DNA of 56,173 bases from Spirochaetia bacterium (GTDB lineage Bacteria > Spirochaetota > Spirochaetia > Sphaerochaetales > Sphaerochaetaceae), in NCBI GenBank assembly GCA_009929055.1, contig SABI01000001.1:1-56173 (forward strand), read 5' to 3'. Shown piece after piece: positions 27,187 to 36,257 of this stretch; position 1 is the stretch's first letter; every line of letters starts with the position of its first letter. The position numbers were made by a program, and so were the translations under genes. The notes beneath the pieces were generated by a model. The model was not told the DNA's origin and did not search any database. It worked only from the letters and a program-made list of their open reading frames with translations.

Positions 27187-28881
27187 ATGCCAAAAATTGA
27201 AGTACATGAAGATTTGTTTAACTCATTAGTACACCATCCCTATAGTGATGAAGAACTTGAAGTAATTTTCCCTATAGCAAAAGCAGAATTAGATGGACAC
27301 GATACACAAGAACACCTCTATAAAATAGAACTTAATGATACCAACCGACCAGATTTATGGTCTGCTAGTGGTGTAGCAAGGGCCCTTAATACCTATGAAA
27401 GTAAAAAAGTACCTAGCTATACCTTCTTTTCAACAAAGGATGAGACGAAAGACCACGAAGGAAGAGAATTAATTATTGACTCTTCAGTAAAAGTTGTTCG
27501 TCCCTTCTCTGTAGGATTCTCTGCAACAGGAAAGGTTATTGATAAAAACATCTTAGAGAACCTTATTCAAACTCAAGAAAAACTTTGTAATAACTTTGGA
27601 CGAAAGAGAAAAAGTATTGCAATGGGAGTCTATAGAAGTGATCTTATTGCATTCCCTGTTCATTACAAAGGAGTTGACCCTGATACCAACTCATTTGTCC
27701 CTTTGCAAATGGATGAAAAACTCACCCTTAGAGAAATTACTGTTAAGCATCCTAAAGGATTAGAGTTTGGTCCAATTGTCCAAGATGCTCCTCTTTATCC
27801 CCTCTTAACTGATAATAATGGAGATGTGTTATCATTTCCCCCTGTTATTAATAGTGATCGTATCGGTGCTGTTGAAGAGGGAGATGAACATATCTTTTTT
27901 GAATTTAGTGGTACAGGATTAGATGATTTACTTCTTGCTGCTAGTATTGTTGCTTGTGATTGTGCTGACCTTGGTTTTACCATCTTACCAGTAAAGTGTA
28001 TTCTTGGAGAAGAAAGTGAATATGGTAGTAGTATTACAGTTCCTTACTACTTCCAAAAAGAGGCAATCTGCCCCCTCTCTTTCTTACATAAAACTCTTGG
28101 AGAAACTTTAAGTGATGAAGCAATCACTATTGCATTAAAGAAAATGGGGATCTCATCAATTCTTAGTGATGGTAATGTTGTTATTAGAGTTCCTGAATAC
28201 AGAAACGATTTCCTTCATCCTGTAGATATTGTAGAAGATGTGATGATTGGTCACTCATTAGCCCTTTTTAGCCCTGAATTACCAAAAGACTCAACTGTTG
28301 GTAGGCTCAGTCCTGCTGAAATTCTTAGCCGAAAAGTGAAAGATATTTGTATTGGCATGGGCTTTCAGGAGATGATGTATAATTATTTAGGTTCGAGAAA
28401 AGAGTATATTGATAACATGCATGTCAGTGGTGATGATTATATTCAAATAGCGAATCCAATGAGTGAAAACTATGAATATGTGAGGCCTTCAATTATTCCC
28501 TCTTTATTAGAGAGCGAAAGTATGAGTGCCCATGCAATTTATCCTCATCATATCTTTGAAGTGGGAAAAGTTGCCTATTTATGTGATAGTGATAACTCAG
28601 GGACAGTTACAAAGAACCATCTTGGGTTCCTTAGTGCTGCTGGAGAGATGGGGTTTAACCATTTAAATAGTTTTATAGCGACACTTTTCTACTATCTAAG
28701 AACTGAATATGTGATGAGTGAATTAATCGATAATCGCTTTATTCCAGGGAGATGTGGAAAATTGATAGTCGATGGAAAAGAAGTTGGTATCTTTGGTGAA
28801 ATCCATCCTAGCGTGTTAGATTCTTGGAACATCACTATGCCTACAATTGCTTGTGAGATTGATTTAGATAGTTTTCTATAA
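27187..28881 (+). CDS. pheT: phenylalanyl-tRNA synthetase beta subunit, archaeal/eukaryotic type
   Basis: 564 aa, versus about 800 for the bacterial type. It starts 1 nt after the pheS stop. B3/4-B5-like organisation without an N-terminal tRNA-binding domain. Confidence 0.85.
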   Translation: MPKIEVHEDLFNSLVHHPYSDEELEVIFPIAKAELDGHDTQEHLYKIELNDTNRPDLWSASGVARALNTYESKKVPSYTFFSTKDETKDHEGRELIIDSSVKVVRPFSVGFSATGKVIDKNILENLIQTQEKLCNNFGRKRKSIAMGVYRSDLIAFPVHYKGVDPDTNSFVPLQMDEKLTLREITVKHPKGLEFGPIVQDAPLYPLLTDNNGDVLSFPPVINSDRIGAVEEGDEHIFFEFSGTGLDDLLLAASIVACDCADLGFTILPVKCILGEESEYGSSITVPYYFQKEAICPLSFLHKTLGETLSDEAITIALKKMGISSILSDGNVVIRVPEYRNDFLHPVDIVEDVMIGHSLALFSPELPKDSTVGRLSPAEILSRKVKDICIGMGFQEMMYNYLGSRKEYIDNMHVSGDDYIQIANPMSENYEYVRPSIIPSLLESESMSAHAIYPHHIFEVGKVAYLCDSDNSGTVTKNHLGFLSAAGEMGFNHLNSFIATLFYYLRTEYVMSELIDNRFIPGRCGKLIVDGKEVGIFGEIHPSVLDSWNITMPTIACEIDLDSFL

Positions 28882-28894
28882 AATAATAAACATT

Positions 28895-29755
28895 TTATTG
28901 TACAATGAAGGTTCCACTGATTGCACTACGCACTTCAGAAGGGACCTTTCTTGTTTGTACAATAGTAATAGGGATATGCTCTACGTTTAGTGGAATAAGA
29001 TTCTTAGAAAAAATATAATCACTTCTAAGGGAGAGCCCTTGAATACGAAGAGTAGATTCTTTCTCTAATTGGTTTATATAGTGAGAAGTCATAAACGGAT
29101 CAATAAAAGAATAATCAAAGAGGATGTCACTATCAAAAGGGTGGTAGAGCGAGGCAAAAACAAGAGTTGGAGTATCTGTTAAAGAGGTAAGGTATTCATT
29201 AAGTTGTTCACTCATATCTTCTTTTAAGGTCCAAGAATCAATTCTTTGTCCACTTAGTGCTTCATAATAATAAGAATTATCTCTTATATCGATGAGAGAA
29301 ATAGCTATTGATTTATCTTCTGGTAAGGAGAATATGAGGTAAGGGTATTGAGTCTTTTTAAATGGAAGATTGGTTGCAAGAAGACTATTATGTGTGAGTT
29401 CAATATATTCAAAAGAGAGGGAGTCTTTTAGTTTCTCAAGGATAATATTTTCTCCCGTAAATGCAACGATATCTAAGTTCTCTTCGTTAATTCGTTTGGC
29501 AATGAGGGTGATATCACCCTCTATGACAAAGGAGGGAAGGGGGAGGAATGAGGCTGTTAAGAAACTCTTTTTTGTCTCCTCTTTTATTTCAATATTGGCT
29601 TCAGGCTCTTTTACATTTCCTACTGCTTTTCTCACTTTTGAAGGAATCGGTTTTATCTCTATTTTTGCATCTTCATATGTGTACGTTTGACATGATAGGA
29701 AGGAGAAGATTATCAGCGTGATGGCTAAGAGAAGAGAGGTTCTTTTTATTCTCAT
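28895..29755 (-). CDS. 286-aa lipoprotein of unknown function, possibly a degenerate endonuclease/exonuclease/phosphatase-like fold
   Basis: Lipobox LIIFSFLS-C-QT. The DIVAFTGEN and RSDYIFSKN stretches recall EEP-family motifs, but the terminal SDH motif is absent. It overlaps the bcp stop by 4 nt. Confidence 0.6.
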   Translation of the reverse strand: MRIKRTSLLLAITLIIFSFLSCQTYTYEDAKIEIKPIPSKVRKAVGNVKEPEANIEIKEETKKSFLTASFLPLPSFVIEGDITLIAKRINEENLDIVAFTGENIILEKLKDSLSFEYIELTHNSLLATNLPFKKTQYPYLIFSLPEDKSIAISLIDIRDNSYYYEALSGQRIDSWTLKEDMSEQLNEYLTSLTDTPTLVFASLYHPFDSDILFDYSFIDPFMTSHYINQLEKESTLRIQGLSLRSDYIFSKNLIPLNVEHIPITIVQTRKVPSEVRSAISGTFIVQ

Positions 29756-30216
29756 GCAAGGGTCTCTAGAAAATCACTTATTTCTTGTCCATGTGTTGCA
29801 ACTGTAACTTTTGGATAGACTTTTATTAATTCTCCTTTAGTATCAAAAATAAAGGTGCTTCTTAATACTCCAAAATAGGTTTTTCCATACATAGACTTTT
29901 CTCCCCAAGCTCCAAGGTATTCTAATACTGAATGGTCCGGGTCACTTAGGAGTGAGAACGTGAGTTCATATTTGTCGATAAACTTCTGATGCGAAGAAGG
30001 GGAGTCGGGACTAATGCCCAACACAACACCATTTTTTGCTTTAATTTGTGGATGGGTATCTCGAAGAGAACACGCTTCGGTAGTACATCCTGGGGTGTTA
30101 TCTTTTGGATAGGCATATAAGACAATATATGTCCCTTTGTAGGAAGAGAGATCTACTTTTTCTCCCTTTTCGTTTTCTAATATGATGTTTGGAATTTTTG
30201 AACCGATTTCTAACAT
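29752..30216 (-). CDS. bcp: peroxiredoxin, Bcp/PrxQ type
   Basis: Peroxidatic motif TPGCTTEAC. 154 aa. AGGAG RBS. Confidence 0.9.
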   Translation of the reverse strand: MLEIGSKIPNIILENEKGEKVDLSSYKGTYIVLYAYPKDNTPGCTTEACSLRDTHPQIKAKNGVVLGISPDSPSSHQKFIDKYELTFSLLSDPDHSVLEYLGAWGEKSMYGKTYFGVLRSTFIFDTKGELIKVYPKVTVATHGQEISDFLETLA

Positions 30217-30230
30217 AACTATTTCTCCTG

Positions 30231-30524
30231 CTATTCTTCGTTGAATAATGCTTTTAATCGCTTAATTGCTTCTTCTTTATTGCTATTAGCTTTACTTGCT
30301 TGGCCATCGTTTTGATTAATCATAAAACTTGGACAGAAGTTAGCCCTTTTTTTATCAAGAATATGTTCTTCAACCGCCTCTCGACATTCATGATAGGCAC
30401 TTTCATCATAAAAACGGCAGTTTACACATACCTTAAGATGCTCTCCACAATGAGAACACACCGTTTGATACCCGATGGTCATATTTTCAGATATTTCACC
30501 TTTGCAAAAATAACAACTACTCAT
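30231..30524 (-). CDS. small Cys-rich zinc-ribbon protein
   Basis: Contains CYFC, CSHC, CVNC, HEC and a further Cys within 80 residues, then a Lys/Glu-rich tail. The start is uncertain: ATG 30524 (preferred) or TTG 30560. Neither has a good RBS. Confidence 0.55.
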   Translation of the reverse strand: MSSCYFCKGEISENMTIGYQTVCSHCGEHLKVCVNCRFYDESAYHECREAVEEHILDKKRANFCPSFMINQNDGQASKANSNKEEAIKRLKALFNEE

Positions 30525-30651
30525 ACAAGAGATTCTACCAATGAGAATTGGAAACGGCAAGTAAACTTTTTAGGTATTTGTATAATATAAGTCTGATATA
30601 GATAGATATTGAGAAATTTGGTAGTATTTAGGGCATAAAGGAGATGATTGT

Positions 30652-31053
30652 ATGCCAACACTTTTTACAAAAATAATAAATAGAGAGATTCCATCTTCCA
30701 TCCTCTATGAAGATTCTCTCTGCATTGCAATTTTAGATATTAATCCAGTAAATAAAGGACATGCTTTAGTAATCTCAAAAGAAGAGTATCCAACAACCCT
30801 GCAGTGCCCTGATGAAGTGTTGTCCCATCTTATTGGTATTTCGAAAAGATTTGACAAATTGATGAGAGAAAACCTTAAAGCAGAAGCAACTAATATCATT
30901 ATTAATAATGGACCAGCGGCAGGGCAAGAGATAGCACATCTCCATATTCACATTATTCCTCGCTATGAGGGAGACCGTAAGAAGATGATCCTCAATAAAG
31001 AGAGATATAACAATAATGAAATGGATGAGTTTACTCGATTGCTTAGCCTGTAG
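30652..31053 (+). CDS. HIT-family nucleotide hydrolase/transferase
   Basis: Histidine triad HLHIHIIP. AAGGAG RBS. 133 aa. Confidence 0.9.
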   Translation: MPTLFTKIINREIPSSILYEDSLCIAILDINPVNKGHALVISKEEYPTTLQCPDEVLSHLIGISKRFDKLMRENLKAEATNIIINNGPAAGQEIAHLHIHIIPRYEGDRKKMILNKERYNNNEMDEFTRLLSL

Positions 31054-31446
31054 TTATTCGTTTCTATTATATAGGGGCCTTAATTGTGGGTTTTATTAAA
31101 ATATATTTTTTAGGTTAACGAGAGTTGTGATTAAATAGTTGTAAGCAAATATGTCGATAGTAGTGGCAAAGAATAGAACACCTGCGAAAAATGGGTAAAA
31201 GTTATAAGGGCTTTGTCTATTTTATCCTCTCCAAAATCTCACAATTATTTATTAGGGAAAGGATTGAACAAATATTAATAATATATTAAAATCCGTCCGG
31301 TACGCATAAAAAATGCGTTCTCCTCCATTTGTATAGGAAAATATTTGTTTTTTTTATCCCTCCTATAATAAAATGGCACACTAGAAAATTGACCCGTGAC
31401 GTTTTTTTGTGAGATTTCACTGGCTATAAAAGAAGAGGAAATTTGT

Positions 31447-33546
31447 ATGTCTGAACTTAGTAAAATGAGAAACATCGGAATCAGTGCCCACATTGACTCT
31501 GGAAAAACTACCCTTTCCGAGCGTATTCTCTTTTATTCAAATAGAATTCATGCTATCCACGAAGTTCGTGGAAAAGATGGCGTTGGTGCCACTATGGATT
31601 CTATGGAACTTGAAAGAGAACGAGGAATAACTATCGCATCTGCTGCGACAAACGTCACTTGGAAAGGACATCCAATCAATGTTATTGATACTCCTGGACA
31701 CGTTGACTTTACTATAGAGGTTGAAAGGTCTCTTCGAGTTCTTGATGGAGCTGTATTAGTATTATGTTCTGTAGCAGGTGTACAAAGTCAATCAATTACT
31801 GTTGACCGCCAAATGAAACGCTATAAAGTCCCAAGAATTGCATTTATTAATAAGTGTGACCGTACTGGAGCTAATCCTTTTAGAGTAAAACAACAACTTG
31901 TTGATAAGTTGGGATTAAATGCAGTACTTATGCAAATTCCAATTGGTCTTGAAGATCGCTTAGAGGGTGTTGTTGACCTTGTAACTATGAAGGCTATCTA
32001 TTTTGATGGTGATGATGGTGTTTCACTACGCTATGCAGAAATTCCAGCTGAACTACTTGATGTAGCTACAGAGAAAAGAGAAGAAATGCTCGATAGTATC
32101 TCTTTATTTTCAGATGAGCTCATGGAAGCTATGCTTGAAGAGAATGTTACTGAAGAACTTATCTATGCAGCTGTTAGAAAAGGAACTATTGCTTTAGAGT
32201 TAGTCCCTGTCCTTATGGGTTCAGCATATAAGAATAAAGGTATCCAACCTCTTCTTGATGCTGTTATTGGGTATCTACCTAACCCTACAGAAGTCACTAA
32301 TACTGCCCTCGACTTAGATAATAACGAAGAAGTTGTTACATTAAAATCTGATGAATCCTTCCCTCCAGTTCTCTTAGGATTTAAGCTTGAAGATGGTCAA
32401 TATGGGCAACTTACCTATATTAGAATTTATCAAGGAAAGATTAAAAAAGGTGATGAGTTAATAAATACTCGTAGCCGTAAAAAGTTTAAAGTTGGACGAC
32501 TTGTAAGAATGCACGCTGCAAGCATGGAAGATATTGTTGAAGCTGGTTGTGGTGATATAGCGGCCCTCTTTGGTATTGAATGTGCTTCAGGAGATACCTT
32601 CTGCCATCCTTCACTCAACTATTCTCTCACTTCAATGTTTGTTCCAAAACCAGTTATCTCTTTGTCTATTAACCCTGTTGATAAAAAGTCAGCAGATAAT
32701 ATGGCAAAAGCTCTTAATAGATTTTCAAAAGAAGACCCAACATTCAACACCTATGTTGACCAAGAATCAAATCAAACGATTATTCAGGGAATGGGAGAAC
32801 TTCATCTAGAAGTATATGTAGAGAGAATGCGACGAGAATATAAGGCAGATGTTGTTACCGATAAACCAGAAGTTGCCTACCGTGAAGCTATTAGTCAACG
32901 TGCTGAATTTAACTACACACATAAAAAGCAAACAGGTGGATCTGGTCAGTATGCCCGTGTTGCAGGATACATTGAACCAATTGAAGATTCTGAAGATGCT
33001 AAAGAGTATGAATTTATTGACAATATTAAAGGAGGGGTTATTCCTACAGAATATATTCCTTCTTGTGATAAAGGATTTAACCTTGCTATCAAAAAGGGTG
33101 CTCAATTAGGATTCCCAATTGTTGGGGTAAGAGCTGTTATCAATGATGGTGCTTATCACCCAGTTGACTCATCAGACCAAGCATTCCAAACAGCAGCATT
33201 AAGTGCTTTTAGAGATGTATATGACCGAGCAAAACCAATTATCCTTGAACCTATCATGAAAGTAAGCGTTGAAGGGCCAACTGAATTCCAGGGTAATATC
33301 TTTGGAAGTATAAACCAACGTCGAGGTATTATTGTAAGTAGTACTGAAGATGGTGCTAGTTGTACTGTTGATGCTGATGTCCCATTATCAGAAATGTTTG
33401 GGTATTCAACTGTTCTTAGATCCCTCACTCAAGGAAAAGCAGAGTTTACTATGGAACTCTCTAAATATTCTAAAGTTCCAAATAGTGTAAGTGAAGAATT
33501 AAAAAAGAATTATGAAGAGAAAAAGAGAAAAGAACAAGCAAAATAG
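31447..33546 (+). CDS. fusA: elongation factor G, mitochondrial-EF-G1-like ('spd') type
   Basis: G1 motif AHIDSGKTT. The stretch [27 protein letters not shown] closely matches the mtEF-G1-type sequence as I recall it. The start is moved to ATG 31447 (AGAGGAAA RBS). Confidence 0.9.
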   Translation: MSELSKMRNIGISAHIDSGKTTLSERILFYSNRIHAIHEVRGKDGVGATMDSMELERERGITIASAATNVTWKGHPINVIDTPGHVDFTIEVERSLRVLDGAVLVLCSVAGVQSQSITVDRQMKRYKVPRIAFINKCDRTGANPFRVKQQLVDKLGLNAVLMQIPIGLEDRLEGVVDLVTMKAIYFDGDDGVSLRYAEIPAELLDVATEKREEMLDSISLFSDELMEAMLEENVTEELIYAAVRKGTIALELVPVLMGSAYKNKGIQPLLDAVIGYLPNPTEVTNTALDLDNNEEVVTLKSDESFPPVLLGFKLEDGQYGQLTYIRIYQGKIKKGDELINTRSRKKFKVGRLVRMHAASMEDIVEAGCGDIAALFGIECASGDTFCHPSLNYSLTSMFVPKPVISLSINPVDKKSADNMAKALNRFSKEDPTFNTYVDQESNQTIIQGMGELHLEVYVERMRREYKADVVTDKPEVAYREAISQRAEFNYTHKKQTGGSGQYARVAGYIEPIEDSEDAKEYEFIDNIKGGVIPTEYIPSCDKGFNLAIKKGAQLGFPIVGVRAVINDGAYHPVDSSDQAFQTAALSAFRDVYDRAKPIILEPIMKVSVEGPTEFQGNIFGSINQRRGIIVSSTEDGASCTVDADVPLSEMFGYSTVLRSLTQGKAEFTMELSKYSKVPNSVSEELKKNYEEKKRKEQAK

Positions 33547-33566
33547 TGTTCTATGTATAGAAGGAG

Positions 33567-33589
33567 CCGGTCTTTATGACCGGTTTTTT
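33567..33589 (+). terminator. rho-independent terminator of fusA
   Basis: CCGGTC-TTTAT-GACCGG followed by TTTTTT. Confidence 0.75.
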
Positions 33590-33637
33590 CTCACTTAATA
33601 AAGATTATACAAGAGAGTGTTACTGTGAAGAAAACCG

Positions 33638-33646
33638 TGGTATACT
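33638..33646 (+). promoter_or_regulatory. extended -10 element (TGgTATACT) upstream of the KaiC/RecA-like gene
   Basis: TGG-TATACT lies about 35 nt upstream of ATG 33680. The -35 is poor. GGAGGA RBS at 33665-33670. Confidence 0.4.
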
Positions 33647-33679
33647 TTACAAAGACAAAATCTTGGAGGATGCGTACAT

Positions 33680-34387
33680 ATGGAAATTCAAGAGTTAAAT
33701 GAGTTAAGCCCTTTAAGGGCGTTTGATAAATCACTAAACGGTGGTTTAGGAAAAGGGAATTTAGGAGTGCTTGTTTCTCGCCATGGAGTGGGAAAAACAG
33801 CGTGCTTAGTTCACCTTGCTACAGATAAATTGTTTAGAAATGAACACATTATCCATGTTTCTTTTTCAGGCAATGTTGAACACGTCATTAGTTGGTATAA
33901 AGAAGTCTTCAGACAAATTTCTGAAAACAAAGATTTAGAAGATGCTTCAGACATTTATAATGAAATACTTGCTAATCGTGTTGTTATGAATTTTAGTCAA
34001 GAAAATGTATCAGTTGAGAAAGTTTTATCAAGTTTAGAAACTCTCATTCGTCAAGGATCTTTTAATGCAGATGCAGTTATGTTTGATGGGTATCACCTTA
34101 CTTTAGCAAGTGAAGAAGATGTCAGAAAAATTAAACAATTTGCTTTAGATATGCGCCTTGAAGTATGGTTCTCGGTATCTCCTGTCAAGATGAACATTAA
34201 CTATGATGCCTATGGTGTTCCTGAAACGATGTTGAAATATGAAGAGCTTATTGATGTTCTTATTGGGCTAAAATACAACGAAGATATGGATAAAGTAATT
34301 ATGACTCTCGTAAAGGATGGAGAATCTCTTGATCCTAAACCAATGCAAGTAAAGCTTGATCCTAAAACAATGCTTATTGTTGATTAA
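33680..34387 (+). CDS. stand-alone KaiC/RadA/DnaB-C-like RecA-superfamily P-loop domain protein with degenerate catalytic motifs
   Basis: FDKSLNGGLGKGNLGVLVSRHGVGKTACLVHLA matches the family N-terminus and Walker A. Walker B-like AVMFDG is present. The gene is monocistronic, lying between two terminators. Confidence 0.65.
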   Translation: MEIQELNELSPLRAFDKSLNGGLGKGNLGVLVSRHGVGKTACLVHLATDKLFRNEHIIHVSFSGNVEHVISWYKEVFRQISENKDLEDASDIYNEILANRVVMNFSQENVSVEKVLSSLETLIRQGSFNADAVMFDGYHLTLASEEDVRKIKQFALDMRLEVWFSVSPVKMNINYDAYGVPETMLKYEELIDVLIGLKYNEDMDKVIMTLVKDGESLDPKPMQVKLDPKTMLIVD

Positions 34388-34408
34388 GTAATTATATTTA
34401 CCTCATAC

Positions 34409-34438
34409 AGACCTGCATATTCTACGTGCAGGTCTTTT
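34409..34438. terminator. bidirectional hairpin between 33680-34387 (+) and ispF (-)
   Basis: AGACCTGCA-(9 nt)-TGCAGGTCT followed by TTT. It abuts the ispF stop codon. Confidence 0.6.
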
Positions 34439-34945
34439 CTATACCCAGTAGAGGTTGTCTGTTTCTTCTGAAGATTGTTTTTCTTCTAATAAAACTACTA
34501 CTTGAGCAATGATTGCATCAGTAGTTCCCACTTCTCCCAACAGATGTTCAGCAGTTTTTGCTTTTATTGAGATTCTAGAAATTTCTATCTCCAATAGAGA
34601 AGCAAGAGCATTTCGCATTTTATTTATATAAGGCCCTAACATAATATCTTGAAGAATAATGGTGCTATCAATATTTACAATAGAATAATCTTTTATTAAA
34701 TGGAGTGTCTCTTTAAGCAAGATACTACTTGGAATATCTTTGTACTTGTTATTGCTTGGAGGAAAATGCTTTCCTATGTCACCAAGGGCTAAAGCTCCTA
34801 AGAGGGCATCAATAAGGGCATGAATAAGGACATCTCCATCAGAATGTGCTAGGGAGCCTTTAAGACTCTCTATCTCGAGTGCCCCTATGAACAGCTTTCT
34901 CCCTTCAACGAGTCGATGAATATCCCATCCAGTACCTATTCTCAT
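34439..34945 (-). CDS. ispF: 2-C-methyl-D-erythritol 2,4-cyclodiphosphate synthase
   Basis: N-terminus RIGTGWDIHRL plus the SDGDVLIHALIDALLGA motif. Confidence 0.9.
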   Translation of the reverse strand: MRIGTGWDIHRLVEGRKLFIGALEIESLKGSLAHSDGDVLIHALIDALLGALALGDIGKHFPPSNNKYKDIPSSILLKETLHLIKDYSIVNIDSTIILQDIMLGPYINKMRNALASLLEIEISRISIKAKTAEHLLGEVGTTDAIIAQVVVLLEEKQSSEETDNLYWV

Positions 34946-35655
34946 AATGTATCCTTGTATTTGATAATATCTTCGTAGGTAGTTATTTTCCTATTATCAA
35001 TACTACCTTTAGAGACAGCAACTTCATGCCCTGTATCATTATAGATTTCACTATCATCTACATATACTTTTTTACTCTCTTCTATTTGCCTATGGCTATA
35101 TAGGATTTCTGGGAAGCGAAAGATTTGAGGAGTTTGAATCTGAACAAGGTTAGTTCTATCTATATGCTTATCAATTAGCCCCTCTTTATTAATATGTTTG
35201 ACAGCATCATGTATAGGAATTGCAGGAACTGCTGAGCCGAAGATCGATGCAGTAGCAAGCGTTTCAATAATGAGGGATTCACTGACAAAGGGGCGGGCTC
35301 CATCATGAATTGCAACAAAAGAGATGTCGAGAGCAAGTTCTTCAATGAAGCTAAGGGCTTCTAGTACAGATTTTTGTCTTGTAGAGCCCCCTTCAACGAG
35401 GTATATGGGGATGATGGGGGCAAATAAGAGATTGTCGAGGGCACTCTCACACTCATCCTTATAGAGAGGGGGGTAGGTGACGATAATAGTTTGTACGTTG
35501 GGGATTACTGTGAAAGGGAGAACTGAATGGTAAAGAATAGTTCTGTCATCTAAAAACATATATTCTTTTTTTCCAACAGCACTTTCATGAGATGATTGAA
35601 AACGTTCACTTAAACCTGCAGCAGTAATAATCACAGCATGATGAGGGAAGGCCAC
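34942..35655 (-). CDS. ispD: 2-C-methyl-D-erythritol 4-phosphate cytidylyltransferase
   Basis: N-terminus VIITAAGLSERF and VAIHDGARPF. It overlaps ispF by 4 nt. Confidence 0.85.
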   Translation of the reverse strand: MAFPHHAVIITAAGLSERFQSSHESAVGKKEYMFLDDRTILYHSVLPFTVIPNVQTIIVTYPPLYKDECESALDNLLFAPIIPIYLVEGGSTRQKSVLEALSFIEELALDISFVAIHDGARPFVSESLIIETLATASIFGSAVPAIPIHDAVKHINKEGLIDKHIDRTNLVQIQTPQIFRFPEILYSHRQIEESKKVYVDDSEIYNDTGHEVAVSKGSIDNRKITTYEDIIKYKDTL

Positions 35656-36191
35656 TATACTTCCTTTTTGTTTTGTCCACCAGACTCAAGTTTGCCAAAA
35701 ATCATTGCTTCAAGTTCTTCACGAGGACGGTCTAACGATAAAGAAGTTTCATCAATGAGAATCCGAAGAGCATTATCGTAAAGTTTCCTTTCTTGTACAG
35801 GAAGTTCTTTTATTTTAGACCTATGGTATAAAATTTGAACAACTCTAGCAATTGAGGCAATAGACCCTTCAGTTAATAAATCAACATTCATTTGATAACG
35901 AGCCTTCCAATCTATAGGAACTTGTTCAAGTTTGTGGGTGATTGAAGAAAGGGCTTCCATAGCCTCTGAAGGAGGTACGATTGGTCGTATTCCAAGTTCA
36001 ACTATTTTGGCTACAGGAACCATAACAGTCATATCAGAGATGTCTAGATAGATTTCATAATACATACTTGTTGTACCACGAAGTGTCTTTTCTTCAATTT
36101 TTTTGATTACACCAACTCCTTGAAGTGGGTAAACTACATGGTCGCCAAGAACGTAAGATGGGTTTTTTTCAGAGGATGTCATGCTGGCCAT
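35655..36191 (-). CDS. carD: CarD/CdnL-family RNA-polymerase-binding transcription factor
   Basis: The N-terminal Tudor-like domain LGDHVVYPLQGVGVIKKIEEK is typical of CarD_CdnL_TRCF. 178 aa. Confidence 0.85.
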   Translation of the reverse strand: MASMTSSEKNPSYVLGDHVVYPLQGVGVIKKIEEKTLRGTTSMYYEIYLDISDMTVMVPVAKIVELGIRPIVPPSEAMEALSSITHKLEQVPIDWKARYQMNVDLLTEGSIASIARVVQILYHRSKIKELPVQERKLYDNALRILIDETSLSLDRPREELEAMIFGKLESGGQNKKEV

Positions 36192-36257
36192 TATACCCTA
36201 AATTTAGGTAAACAACAAGTATAGTAAAATTCTTCTCTATACGCTATATTATCGTAA

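Noticed and set aside
31374-31392. TGGCAC hexamer upstream of fusA as a sigma-54 promoter.
   Set aside because: The downstream TTGA element is about 4 nt too far away, and there is no GC dinucleotide at the -12 position.
31275-31493. 72-aa minus-strand ORF spanning the fusA start region.
   Set aside because: It has no RBS, it overlaps the fusA RBS and start on the opposite strand, and its composition is atypical.
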